Assembly (NCBI GenBank): GCA_963756835.1
Contig: CAVWPE010000001.1
Coordinates: 128,094-192,093, forward strand
DNA length: 64,000 bases
From: an uncultured Thermoleophilia bacterium
GTDB lineage: Bacteria > Actinomycetota > Thermoleophilia > Gaiellales > Gaiellaceae
Direction: 5' to 3'
Shown here: piece by piece, positions 48,671 through 58,028 of the stretch
How the letters are laid out: each line of letters begins with the position of its first letter
How positions within the stretch are numbered: the stretch's first letter is position 1
Translations under genes and position numbers: made by a program
Notes under the pieces: model-generated
Told to the model about the DNA's origin: nothing
The model's database searches: none
The model's input: only the letters and a program-made list of their open reading frames with translations

Positions 48671-49389
48671 TGGACGGCGTGCTCTACGACGTCAGGGGAG
48701 CCAAGCGGTTCTTCCAGCGCGGGCCGTCGGTGATCGAGGCGGTCGGCGGCGTCGACCTTCGGATCGGAGCGGGCGAGTTCGTCGCACTCGAAGGGCCGAG
48801 CGGCTCCGGCAAGACGACGCTGCTACAGCTCCTTGGCGCCCTCGATCGCCCGAGTGCCGGCAGCGTCCTCTTCGAAGGGCGCGATCTCGGCGCCCTCGGA
48901 GACGGGGAGCTGGCCGAGCTCCGGCTCAACGCGTTCGGCTTCGTCTTCCAGCAGTTCAACCTCATCCCGACCCTCACGGCCCTGCAGAACGTCGAGGCAG
49001 GGCTCGCACCGACCGGTGTCGACTCGACCGAGCTCCGCGAGAGGTCGCTCGCCCTGCTCGAGGAGGTCGGCCTGGCCGATCGCTCCTCACACCTCCCGGC
49101 TCATCTGTCCGGTGGAGAGCAACAGCGGGTCGCCATCGCACGCGCGCTCGTGGTCGACCCCCGCGTGATCCTCGCCGACGAGCCGACCGGAAACCTCGAC
49201 TCCGCGACGGGCGCGGACGTAATCGACATCCTCGCGGGGCTCGCCGAGTCGCATGAGGTCACCGTCGTCGTCGCAACGCACGACGCCGGTCTCGCAGCCC
49301 GAGCCCCGCGGCGTCTCGCCATGCGCGACGGCAACCTCGTCGGCGGGGCCGCGGCCGGCGTCGTCGTCGCCGGTGGAAAGGGTGCGTGA
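48670..49389 (+). CDS. ABC ATP-binding protein (LolD/MacB-like)
   Basis: GPSGSGKT, FVFQQFNL, LSGGEQQR, ADEPTGNLD. Confidence 0.95.
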   Translation: MDGVLYDVRGAKRFFQRGPSVIEAVGGVDLRIGAGEFVALEGPSGSGKTTLLQLLGALDRPSAGSVLFEGRDLGALGDGELAELRLNAFGFVFQQFNLIPTLTALQNVEAGLAPTGVDSTELRERSLALLEEVGLADRSSHLPAHLSGGEQQRVAIARALVVDPRVILADEPTGNLDSATGADVIDILAGLAESHEVTVVVATHDAGLAARAPRRLAMRDGNLVGGAAAGVVVAGGKGA

Positions 49390-49414
49390 GTCGTCTGGTC
49401 CTCGGAGTCGCGTC

Positions 49415-51013
49415 GTGAGCCCGATCCGCGCCCCGAGGACCCCACGGCCGTTCGTTCTCGGAGCCACGGTCATCGCATGGGCAGCCGCTGCGGCGCTCGC
49501 CGCAGCTCTCCTCGCCGGCCCGACGGCGGCCGCCGCGCCAGGCGCGACGCTGATAGAGCTCCGACGAACGACCGCCTGCGATGCATCTGCGATCCTTCGC
49601 TCGGCCGGGGCCGTGACGGTCTCGACGCCGCTTCGGCTCTACCGGCTCGATGGGGATGCGGCGGAGAGCGTGCTGCCGCGTCTCCGGGAGTGCGGAGCCG
49701 TGCGCTACGCGTCGCCTGATCGCATCGTCGGCACCTTCAGCGTCACCGATTTCTCCGACCCGCTCGTCGCGAGCGAGTGGTGGCGAGCCGCCGTCGGCGT
49801 CGTCGGCCTCACTCCGCCGGGCCCGGGCAAGGCTGTGACGATCATCGACTCGGGGGTCAACGTCGGCCACCCGGAGTTCGCCGGCCGTGCCGATCTGGTG
49901 CTGCTCAACGAGCAACAGCCGCAGCCGATCGGTGGTGTCCACGGTACAGCGGTGGCGTCCGTGATCGGAGGGCCCGTAAACGGCGTCGGCGTCGTGGGGA
50001 TCTACCCACAGGCAGTGCTGCAGTCGTGGGACGCGGCACTCGGCCAGGGGACACAGCTGGCGACGAGCGACATCGTCGCCGGACTGCTTGCCGCCTCCGG
50101 TCGCGGCCCTGGCGTGATCAATCTCAGCCTCGGGGGGACGGAGGTAGAGCTACCGATCCAGCAGGCGGTCGCTACGGCCGTCAGCAAGGGAATGCTGGTC
50201 GTCGCCGCAGCAGGGAACGACGGTGAACGCGGAAGCCCACTCACGTATCCCGCGAGCCTGCCGCACGTGCTGACGGTTGCGGCGACCGACGAGCAGAACC
50301 GGGTCGCGTCGTTCTCGAGCCGTTCGCGGTTCGTCGATCTCGCAGCGCCCGGTGTCGACATCACCGTCGCATCCGCCCTCGACGACAGCTGGGACTCGGA
50401 GGACGGGACGAGCTTCGCATCGCCGATCGTCGCCGGGGCAGCAGCGTGGACGTGGACCGTCCGGCCGTCGCTCGACGCGAGCCAGTTGTTCGAGATCATG
50501 CGCCGGTCGGCCGCCGATATCGACGTAACCGGCCGCGACGATGCGAGCGGCTACGGCCTCCTGAACGTGCCGGCCGCCCTCGCTGCTCCGGCGCCCGTGC
50601 GTGACCCGCTCGAGCCGAACGACGACGTCGACTACGTCAAGCCCGGCGCGACGTTCGACAACGGCATCCCCGCCCTCACCACGTCCGGGAAACGCTCGAC
50701 GCGGCTCCAGGGGCGGCTTGCCGCGTTCGAGGATCCCCGCGACGTCTACCGCGTGTTCGTCCCGAGAAAGGGCAGCATCACCGTCAAGACGGCAGCTGCC
50801 GCAGCCGTCGACCTCGCACTCTTCGGGCCGGAGACCACGAGCGTGACGGGTGCCGGTGTGGGCCGCAACCGGCTCGCCCGGGGCACGACGAAGGGGACGC
50901 TCGAAACCGTCGCCTTCAAGAACACCGGCGCCGCGAAGACGGTCTACCTGGCCGTCACACTCGCCAGGGGCACGCGCGACGCGACGTACCCGATCACCGT
51001 CACTGGCCGCTAG
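49415..51013 (+). CDS. Secreted subtilisin-like (S8) serine protease
   Basis: IIDSGV, HGTAVAS, AAAGND, GTSFASP; start codon uncertain. Confidence 0.92.
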   Translation: MSPIRAPRTPRPFVLGATVIAWAAAAALAAALLAGPTAAAAPGATLIELRRTTACDASAILRSAGAVTVSTPLRLYRLDGDAAESVLPRLRECGAVRYASPDRIVGTFSVTDFSDPLVASEWWRAAVGVVGLTPPGPGKAVTIIDSGVNVGHPEFAGRADLVLLNEQQPQPIGGVHGTAVASVIGGPVNGVGVVGIYPQAVLQSWDAALGQGTQLATSDIVAGLLAASGRGPGVINLSLGGTEVELPIQQAVATAVSKGMLVVAAAGNDGERGSPLTYPASLPHVLTVAATDEQNRVASFSSRSRFVDLAAPGVDITVASALDDSWDSEDGTSFASPIVAGAAAWTWTVRPSLDASQLFEIMRRSAADIDVTGRDDASGYGLLNVPAALAAPAPVRDPLEPNDDVDYVKPGATFDNGIPALTTSGKRSTRLQGRLAAFEDPRDVYRVFVPRKGSITVKTAAAAAVDLALFGPETTSVTGAGVGRNRLARGTTKGTLETVAFKNTGAAKTVYLAVTLARGTRDATYPITVTGR

Positions 51014-51426
51014 GCCTGCCAGGGCCCGATGCCGCCGAGACGGTCGACCGTGATCCGCATTGTGGTGCCTGGCGGTGGGTCGGTCATGGGCGGGAACGTG
51101 ACATCCGGCCCGAGATAGACGTGCGCGAGCCGCTGCAGCACCTCCGGCGCACCGCCCGCGACGAGCTCGGCGGTGCCGTGGACGACGAGGTACTCCTTCA
51201 GCCCGGGCGGATGGACCGTCGTGCCCTCGAGCGAGAGGACGACGCGGCGGTCGCGACGCACGTTCCGAAGCTTCTGCTGGTCGCGAAGGTGACCGGAGAC
51301 GATCCGATCGCCGTCGAGCCCCACCCAGATGCAGCTGACCTGAGGCGAGCCGTCCGGGTTCAGCGTCACGAGGTGCGCCAGCGCTCCTGATTCGATCAGT
51401 CTGCGGGCGCTCACGGGAAGCTTCAT
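51010..51426 (-). CDS. PPOX-class F420-dependent oxidoreductase
   Basis: LVTLNPDGSPQVS..W, KLRNVRRDRRVVLS, YLVVHG.A. Confidence 0.88.
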   Translation of the reverse strand: MKLPVSARRLIESGALAHLVTLNPDGSPQVSCIWVGLDGDRIVSGHLRDQQKLRNVRRDRRVVLSLEGTTVHPPGLKEYLVVHGTAELVAGGAPEVLQRLAHVYLGPDVTFPPMTDPPPGTTMRITVDRLGGIGPWQA

Positions 51427-51470
51427 TTGACGAAGGGTACGCGACCGGCGGACGGTCGCAGGACGCCGAC

Positions 51471-52127
51471 CTACGTCGCGCCGAACGCTCGCACGGTGAA
51501 CGTTCCCGCGCCTTCGATCTTCGGGGGTACCGCGGTGAACGCGAACCCGCGCTCGGGCAGAGCGGACAGGTTCGTCAGGTGCTCGACGATCGGGATCCCG
51601 ACCCGCAGCAGGATCGAGTGGACGGGTCGCTCGCCCGTCTTCGTGCCGTCGATGTTCAGCGAGTCGATCCCGACACACGCGACGCCCGCCGCGACGAGGG
51701 CCTCGGCAGAGGCGGCGCTGAGATGCGGGTGCGCCTCGAAGTACCGGTCCGTGCCGAAGTACTGCGAATGGTCGGTGCGCACGAGCACCGCGTGCCCGGC
51801 GAGGCCGGCGAGCTCGCTCTCGGTCAGCTCGATCGTCTCGAGGCCGCGGCGATCGAGCACGACGCCGGGGATCCCTGCGACCTGCTCGAGCGCGAGCTCG
51901 GCGAGGTCGTGCCCGTCGGCGTAGCGGTGGAACGGCACGTCGATGTAGGTGCCCGTGTTCGTGCAGAGCGTGAGCAGGCCGATGTGGAAGGTGATCCCCG
52001 GCCCGTACAGCTCCTCCGCCGCCTCCCGGGAGAGATGCGTGCCGATCTCGGGTGCAGGCAGCCCCGGGTAGGTGATCATCCCCTCGGTGATGCGGTGGCT
52101 GAGATCGATCAGCGTCGTCTCGCTCAC
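51471..52127 (-). CDS. Cyclase family protein (kynurenine formamidase-like)
   Basis: IDLSH, TNTGTYIDVPFH, VGIDS, HSILL, IVEHLTNL. Confidence 0.88.
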   Translation of the reverse strand: MSETTLIDLSHRITEGMITYPGLPAPEIGTHLSREAAEELYGPGITFHIGLLTLCTNTGTYIDVPFHRYADGHDLAELALEQVAGIPGVVLDRRGLETIELTESELAGLAGHAVLVRTDHSQYFGTDRYFEAHPHLSAASAEALVAAGVACVGIDSLNIDGTKTGERPVHSILLRVGIPIVEHLTNLSALPERGFAFTAVPPKIEGAGTFTVRAFGAT

Positions 52128-52771
52128 CGTCGGCTCGCAATCGCGGTCGGTTGGAGCCACTTCGGATCGGTCGGATCGAGGAACGTGGCGGTCACGCAGA
52201 GGTCGCGCAGGAGGCCGTCGTGGACGCCGTAGATGAGGCCGTGGACGGCGAGCTCCTGGCCGCGCGCCCAGACGTCCTCGACGATCGTCGTCTGGCAGAT
52301 GTTCATCGCCTGCTCGACGACATTGAGCTCACAGAGGCGATCGAGGCGCCTGTCCTCCGGCAGCGATTCGAGCTCTGCGGCGTGCTTCTCGCCGACGTCC
52401 ATCACGTGTCGCAGCCAGTTGTCGACGAGGCCGTGGCGGGCTCGTTCGAACGCGGCCTGGACGCCGCCGCAGCCGTAGTGGCCGCAGACGATCACGTGCT
52501 TGACCCGAAGGACGTCGACGGCGTACTGGAGAACCGAGAGGCAGTTCAGGTCGGTGTGGACGACGACGTTCGCGACGTTGCGGTGAACGAACACCTCGCC
52601 CGGCGGCAGTCCGACGATCTCGTTCGCCGGGACGCGGCTGTCGGAGCATCCGATCCAGAGGTACTCGGGTGCCTGGCCCGCGGTGAGCTTCGAGAAGAAG
52701 CTCGGATCCTCGGCAACCATGGTCGCTGCCCAGGCGCGGTTGCGCTCGAAGAGCTCGGAGATCTCTGGCAT
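52124..52771 (-). CDS. can: Beta-class carbonic anhydrase
   Basis: IGCSDSRV, HRNVAN, GHYGCGG, LCELNV. Confidence 0.95.
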   Translation of the reverse strand: MPEISELFERNRAWAATMVAEDPSFFSKLTAGQAPEYLWIGCSDSRVPANEIVGLPPGEVFVHRNVANVVVHTDLNCLSVLQYAVDVLRVKHVIVCGHYGCGGVQAAFERARHGLVDNWLRHVMDVGEKHAAELESLPEDRRLDRLCELNVVEQAMNICQTTIVEDVWARGQELAVHGLIYGVHDGLLRDLCVTATFLDPTDPKWLQPTAIASRR

Positions 52772-52852
52772 GACCACAGGCTATCCAGCCGTGGGTGGAG
52801 GCGCGCTCGCATGGTGACGGTGCTGCGCGAGGTACCCCTGTTGGGGGACGTG

Positions 52853-52878
52853 TGATCCTCGCTCCGGGTCGATCGGAA
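52853..52878 (+). promoter_or_regulatory. Candidate SigK-like ECF promoter of the pilin gene
   Basis: TGATCC-N15-CGGAA ending 4 nt before ATG. Confidence 0.4.
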
Positions 52879-52882
52879 CGGT

Positions 52883-53308
52883 ATGGGCAATTTCTCGACG
52901 AGAGAACATGCGTTCACGTTGGTCGAGCTGCTGATCGTGCTCGTCGTGATCGGGATCGTGCTCCTCGTTGCCGTACCTTCCTACATCGGCTTCCGAGATC
53001 GGGCATCCGACACGGCCGCGAAGGCGAACATCAGAGCTGCCCTTCCGGCGATCGAGATGTTCGCGTTCCTCAATGACGGCACCAAGGGCGATGCCGACGG
53101 AAAGAAGGGCACCCGTGGCTACAAGGGCATGAGCGTCGACTTCCTCCGTCTCATCGACGCCGGTATCTCCGACAGCCTCACCGTCGTCAACGGGAAGACG
53201 AAGGAGAACGTCTATTGCCTGCGGGCCGATGTAAACGGTCGCACGTGGAGCGCTCTCGGCCCGGAGATCACCGACCAGTCCTACAAGGCGAACAAGAACT
53301 GCAAGTAA
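52883..53308 (+). CDS. Type IV pilin-like protein
   Basis: A|FTLVELLIVLVVIGIVLLVAVPSY N-methylation motif (E5); C-terminal Cys pair. Confidence 0.88.
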   Translation: MGNFSTREHAFTLVELLIVLVVIGIVLLVAVPSYIGFRDRASDTAAKANIRAALPAIEMFAFLNDGTKGDADGKKGTRGYKGMSVDFLRLIDAGISDSLTVVNGKTKENVYCLRADVNGRTWSALGPEITDQSYKANKNCK

Positions 53309-53459
53309 CGCTCGGCCCGAGCAGGGGATGCCTCGCGCGCCGATGTCCGTCGTCGGCAGTTGGCCAGCCCCGGGTGCGTCGGGTCGAGACGAATCGTGCG
53401 TACGCTCGAACCGTGCTCTGGATCCCACGCATCCTCCTCAGGTCGCGGGTCGTCGCAGC

Positions 53460-53738
53460 GTGAGGATCCTCTCGTTCAGCTGGTGGTTCGAGAGCCGCGA
53501 GACCGGACGGATCACGATTGCCCAGTTCCCGAACTGGCCCCTGTTCGCGATCGGCGCGGCGTGGTTGGCCCGACTTCTCGTCGACGGGTCATCCGATGTC
53601 TACGCCATGGCGGGTGGGGCGATCACTGCGTTGTGGTTGTTCTGGGGTGCCGACGAGCTCATCCGTGGAGTGAATCCTGCACGAAGGCTCCTCGGCAGCC
53701 TCGTCATCGCCTGGCAGCTGATCCGCTTCGTCTCCTGA
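53460..53738 (+). CDS. Small membrane protein
   Basis: ETGRITIAQFPNWPL...WGADELIRGVNPARRLLG; three TMs. Confidence 0.7.
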   Translation: MRILSFSWWFESRETGRITIAQFPNWPLFAIGAAWLARLLVDGSSDVYAMAGGAITALWLFWGADELIRGVNPARRLLGSLVIAWQLIRFVS

Positions 53739-53806
53739 GGTGTCGCCGATCGTGGCCGTACGCCCAGCTGACGGCCCGGGATTCGCTGCAATCGTCTGTG
53801 CGATGA

Positions 53807-54394
53807 TTGTGTTCGATGGAAGATGCGGGGGGTGACGAAAAGGCCGCCACCGATGCTGCTGCCGTGGCGCGGGTCGCAGGCGGGGACGCGGTTGCCCTCC
53901 GGGAGCTGTACGACCGCTATGGCCGGGTGATCTATTCCTTTGCCTATCGGCTGACGCACGACGCGACGCTCTCGGAGGAGTGCGTGCAGGATGTCTTCGT
54001 CGCCCTCTGGCGTCGTGCTGGGGACTTTGATCCCGGCCGTGCGAAGCTGACGACGTGGCTGTTCGTCGTCGCCCGCAATCGCGCTATCGAGCTTGGTCGA
54101 CGGAAGGCTCGTTGGCCCGAGCTCCGTGACGACCTCGAGCCAACGGGTTCATCTCCCGACCCGGCAGACCTGATCGCAGTTGCGGACGAGTCCCAGCGTG
54201 TTGCGGAGGCGATGGCGGAGCTGCCGGAAGACCAGCTCGCAGTCCTCCGGCTGTCGTATTTCGACGGGCTCTCGCACTCAGAGATCGCCCACGTGATCGG
54301 AATCCCGCTGGGAACCGTAAAAGGGAGGATGAGGCTCGCGCTCGAACGACTGCGGAGCCTCTCCGAAACCTACGACCTACGGGCTGAGCGATGA
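53807..54394 (+). CDS. ECF sigma factor, SigK-like
   Basis: ALRELYDRY, EECVQDVFVALWRRA..FDP.R, TWL, LSYFDGLSHSEIA..GIPLGTVKGRMR. Confidence 0.93.
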   Translation: MCSMEDAGGDEKAATDAAAVARVAGGDAVALRELYDRYGRVIYSFAYRLTHDATLSEECVQDVFVALWRRAGDFDPGRAKLTTWLFVVARNRAIELGRRKARWPELRDDLEPTGSSPDPADLIAVADESQRVAEAMAELPEDQLAVLRLSYFDGLSHSEIAHVIGIPLGTVKGRMRLALERLRSLSETYDLRAER

Positions 54395-55005
54395 GCGAGG
54401 AGGACGAGATCGACGGGAACGGGGAGCCCCAGTCCGAGATCGACCGTGCCACGCTCGCTGCCGTGGAGCGGTCACTGCCGCGGGTAGCTCCGCCCGACGA
54501 CATGTTCGACAGGATCCTGGCCGGTATCCGACCCGAAGCAACGGTGATACCGCTTCGAGCGAATGATCGCCGCCGGCGCGCCATTCCGGTTGCTGCCACC
54601 CTCGTCGCGATCGCTGCCGCTGTGGTGATCGCCGTCGTGGCAGTTGGTCACGACGATTCCGTGTCACCGGGCGCGCGCGCAGCGATCTCGGGAAAGAGCG
54701 ATCCCGACGTGACGGGCGAAGCCGTGCTCTACGGGGCAACCGCCGACGGAGGCACGGTTCGCATCTCGCTCCGCAACGTCCCGGCCGCCCCGAGCGGCCA
54801 CCACTACGAGGTCTGGGTCCTGCGGCGAGACGCCGGCAGCGCGATGGAGGCGATCGGGAGCTTCACTCCCACCTCGCAGGACCTGCAGCTCGATCTGCCG
54901 CTTCCCGGGCCCGGCGACTACGCCGCCGTCGACGTCTCCGTCGAGGAGAACGGAGGTCCTCCCGTCCACAGCGACACGAGCATCGCGAGCGGCACGTTCA
55001 CGTAG
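54391..55005 (+). CDS. Anti-sigma factor, RskA-like
   Basis: V.PP...DRIL, TM, P.GHHYEVW, VSVEENGG; ATGA-coupled to the sigma gene. Confidence 0.88.
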   Translation: MSEEDEIDGNGEPQSEIDRATLAAVERSLPRVAPPDDMFDRILAGIRPEATVIPLRANDRRRRAIPVAATLVAIAAAVVIAVVAVGHDDSVSPGARAAISGKSDPDVTGEAVLYGATADGGTVRISLRNVPAAPSGHHYEVWVLRRDAGSAMEAIGSFTPTSQDLQLDLPLPGPGDYAAVDVSVEENGGPPVHSDTSIASGTFT

Positions 55006-55075
55006 CGGTCTAGCGAGAGCGGCGACACCACCAGCGCCGTGTGATCTCCCCGACATTCCTCGTTTCCTGCTCGAG

Positions 55076-55101
55076 TGATCCAACCCACGCGTGGGACCGT
55101 A
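55076..55101 (+). promoter_or_regulatory. Candidate SigK-like ECF promoter of the fasciclin gene
   Basis: TGATCC-N15-CCGTA, followed by a GATGGAC...GTCCATC 5' stem and AAGGAG RBS. Confidence 0.6.
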
Positions 55102-55157
55102 TAGATGGACATTAGCTCGACAAACTAGTCGTCCATCGATACGAAGGAGCTCAAGCA

Positions 55158-56069
55158 ATGCGCAAGATCACGCTCGTCCTGGCAATCGCGGCCGTCGCCG
55201 TTGCTGCCGTCCTCGCCCCGTCCGTTTCGGCTCGTTCGACCGCCGGTGAGGCCGACATCGTCACGACCGCCGTGAACAACGGCAACTTCAAGACCCTCGC
55301 CTCACTCCTGACCGCCGCCGGCCTCGTCGACACGCTCAAAGGTCCCGGCCCGTTCACGGTGCTCGCCCCGACCGACGCGGCGTTCGCAAAGGTCCCGAAG
55401 GCGACGCTCGATGCCCTGGCTGCCGACCCGGCCAAGCTGAAGGCTGTGCTGCTCTACCACGTGATCGCCGGCAACGTCCCGTCGAGCCAGGTCGTCAAGC
55501 TCACCTCCGCGAAGACGGTCAACGGCGCCAACGTCGCGATCAAGGTCGACGGCGGCTCCGTCTTCGTCAACAGCGCGAAGGTCGTGACACCGGACGTGAT
55601 GGCCTCGAACGGCGTCATTCACGTCATCGACACGGTGCTCCTGCCGCCCTCTCCCAAGGTGAACATCGTCAAGACGGCGGTCGCCGCTGGGCAGTTCAAG
55701 ACGCTCACGTCACTCGTCACGAAGGCGGGGCTTGCCAAGACGCTGTCCGGTGGCCGATGGACGGTCTTCGCACCGACCGACGCTGCATTCGCGAAGGTTC
55801 CGAAGGCGACGCTCGCCAAGCTCGGCAAGAACCGGGCGCTGCTCAAGAAGGTGCTCCTCTACCACGTCGTCAAGGGAGCAGTGCCGGCGAGCAAGGTCGT
55901 CACCCTGAACGGCAAGTCCGTGAAGACGATGGCCGGCGTCCCTGTGAAGATCAAGGTCGCCGGCGGAAACGTCTTCCTGAACCGCTCGACAAAGGTCACG
56001 AAGACCGACGTGATGGCCACGAACGGCGTCATCCACGTCATCAACAAGGTGCTGATTCCGGCCTCGTAG
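55158..56069 (+). CDS. Secreted two-domain fasciclin (FAS1; MPT70/83-like) protein
   Basis: Signal peptide; two repeats of T(V)xAPTDAAF...LLYHV...NGVIHVI. Confidence 0.95.
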   Translation: MRKITLVLAIAAVAVAAVLAPSVSARSTAGEADIVTTAVNNGNFKTLASLLTAAGLVDTLKGPGPFTVLAPTDAAFAKVPKATLDALAADPAKLKAVLLYHVIAGNVPSSQVVKLTSAKTVNGANVAIKVDGGSVFVNSAKVVTPDVMASNGVIHVIDTVLLPPSPKVNIVKTAVAAGQFKTLTSLVTKAGLAKTLSGGRWTVFAPTDAAFAKVPKATLAKLGKNRALLKKVLLYHVVKGAVPASKVVTLNGKSVKTMAGVPVKIKVAGGNVFLNRSTKVTKTDVMATNGVIHVINKVLIPAS

Positions 56070-56091
56070 GCTTCACGAGCCGAGACATCGA

Positions 56092-56124
56092 GACGACGGG
56101 CCGCGGAGAACGCGGCCCGTCGTC
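56092..56124 (+). terminator. Strong hairpin after fasciclin gene
   Basis: GACGACGGGCCGCG-GAGAA-CGCGGCCCGTCGTC (14-bp stem). Confidence 0.65.
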
Positions 56125-56261
56125 GTTCCCGGGGCGACTCCAGGCTGTTCGGAGCCCTCTCTCGGCCGGGCGTGCACGGTCCCGAAACCCGTCAAGGTAC
56201 GACACTGTGGCGCGCGGGTCGTCCCTTCAACGCGCGACGCGAGAGCGATACGATCGCGACG

Positions 56262-57420
56262 TTGGCCGAGCTCACTTCACGTGCGACCACCCCGTCGCTC
56301 CCGCTGATCTGGTCGAAGCTGCAGGCGCCCGTGTCGAGACGGCGGGTTCCTCGACCCCCACCTCGTCCAGGCCCTCTGCGGGGGCCAGAGGAAGCTGACG
56401 CTCGTGCGTGCGCCGGCAGGCTGGGGGAAGTCGACGCTGCTCGCCGACTGGCACGAATCGGACTGCGAGTCGCGTCCGTTTGCCTGGCTCGGGCTCGATA
56501 CCCAGGACAATGATCCCGTCCGTTTCTGGACGTACGCCGTCGAGGCGATCCACCTCGCGCTACCGGGGCTCGACGGCAGCTCACGCGTCCTGACACAGAC
56601 TCCGGGCCTCGACGTGACAGGGGTGCTGCTGCCGGTGCTCGCCAACGAGCTCGAGGCCGCGGCCTGCGACGTCGTGTTCGTCCTCGACGACCACCACCTC
56701 GTCACCCATCCCCAGATCCATGACGGGCTCCAGTTCTTCCTCCAGCACCTGCCTCGCTCCGTCGAGCTCGTGGTCGCGACGCGGAACGAGCCCCCGTTTG
56801 CACTCTCGCGACTGCGCGCCCAGGGTGAGCTCGTCGAGATCGACGCCGGTGCACTCTCCTTCTCTGCCGAAGAGGCCGACGCACTCATCAACGGCCTTCA
56901 CCATCTCGGAGTCGACGAGGCTGCCGTGGCGAGACTTCGAGAGCGAACGGAGGGCTGGGCTGCGGGCCTCTACCTGGCCGCGCTCACGCTTCGCGGACGC
57001 GATGACGCGAGCGAGTACGTCGAGGCGTTCGCCGGCGACGACCGCAGCGTCGTCGACTACCTGAGCGAGGAGGTCCTTGCTGCCCAGCCCGAGGACGTGC
57101 GCCTGTTCCTCCGCCGCACGTCCATTCTGGAGCGACTCTCCTCGTCGCTGTGCGATGCCGTCACGGGGAGCTCGCTGTCGGCGTCGATGCTCGACACGAT
57201 CGCCCGCTCGAACTTCTTCCTCCTCCCGCTCGATACGAAGCGGGAGTGGTACCGCTACCACCACCTCTTCGCCGAGCTTCTCCAGAACGAGCTCGAGACG
57301 GCGGAGCCGGACCTCGTCGCCGAGCTCCACCGCCGCGCGGCGCGGTGGCTGCTGGCGGAAGGCTTCCCATCCGAGGCGATTCGACACTCGCTTGCGGCGG
57401 ATGACTGGGACGTCGCGTCT
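56262..57420 (+). pseudogene. Truncated MalT-like (STAND ATPase-LuxR) regulator
   Basis: SKLQAP, frameshift in C run near 56356, APAGWGKST, DNDPVRFW, LDDHH, RTEGWAAGL, WYRYHHLF; similarity stops near 57420 with no TPR/LuxR HTH. Confidence 0.8.
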
Positions 57421-57961
57421 CGGCCTCGTGACGCTCGTCCTGTCGGTCGTCGCACTGACGGCCGCTCTGGAGCTCGGCCGTCATCCGGGAGCGGCCGCGC
57501 CGCGGCGGTTCCTCCTCGCGCTCGGCCTGTTGCTGCCCGGCCTCGTCTGCTTCACCACAGTGGGTCGGCTCTGGTACCTCCCGGGTGTGCTGCTCGTCGC
57601 GTCGGGGGCATGCGTCGTGGCGGGAGCCTGGGGCGAGCGGCGGGCGGTCGCGCTGGCGGCGGAGCGTCGCTGGGCGGCGATCCTGCTCGCTGTCCTTGCG
57701 CTCGTCTACGTCTTCCTCGGCGTGACGGCGCTCGGCGTTGCCGGCGCACTCGGGGCGGCCGGTGGGCTCGTCGTCCTCGCGCTCATCGCGATGCGGGGGA
57801 GGATCGCCATCCCGCTTGCACGAGTGTTGCTCATCGTCGCAGCGATCCCGTTTGCAGCGATGACCTGGTGGAGTGCGGTGACGCCTCTCGTTGGCGTCCT
57901 GCTCCTCGTGCTGGGGGTGCCTGGCCTCGCCGGCCGGTACAGAGGGCGCGTGGCCGGGTGA
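57414..57961 (+). pseudogene. 3' fragment of a membrane protein gene
   Basis: Multi-TM frame (LGLVTLVLSVV...VGRLWYLPGVLL...TWWSAVTPL) without a start, joined to the MalT-like fragment. Confidence 0.6.
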
Positions 57962-58028
57962 CGGTGGGAGGGTGCGCGATGCGGGTCGGCATCGAGGTCG
58001 TCGGTATCGACCGTTGCTCTGTCCACCA

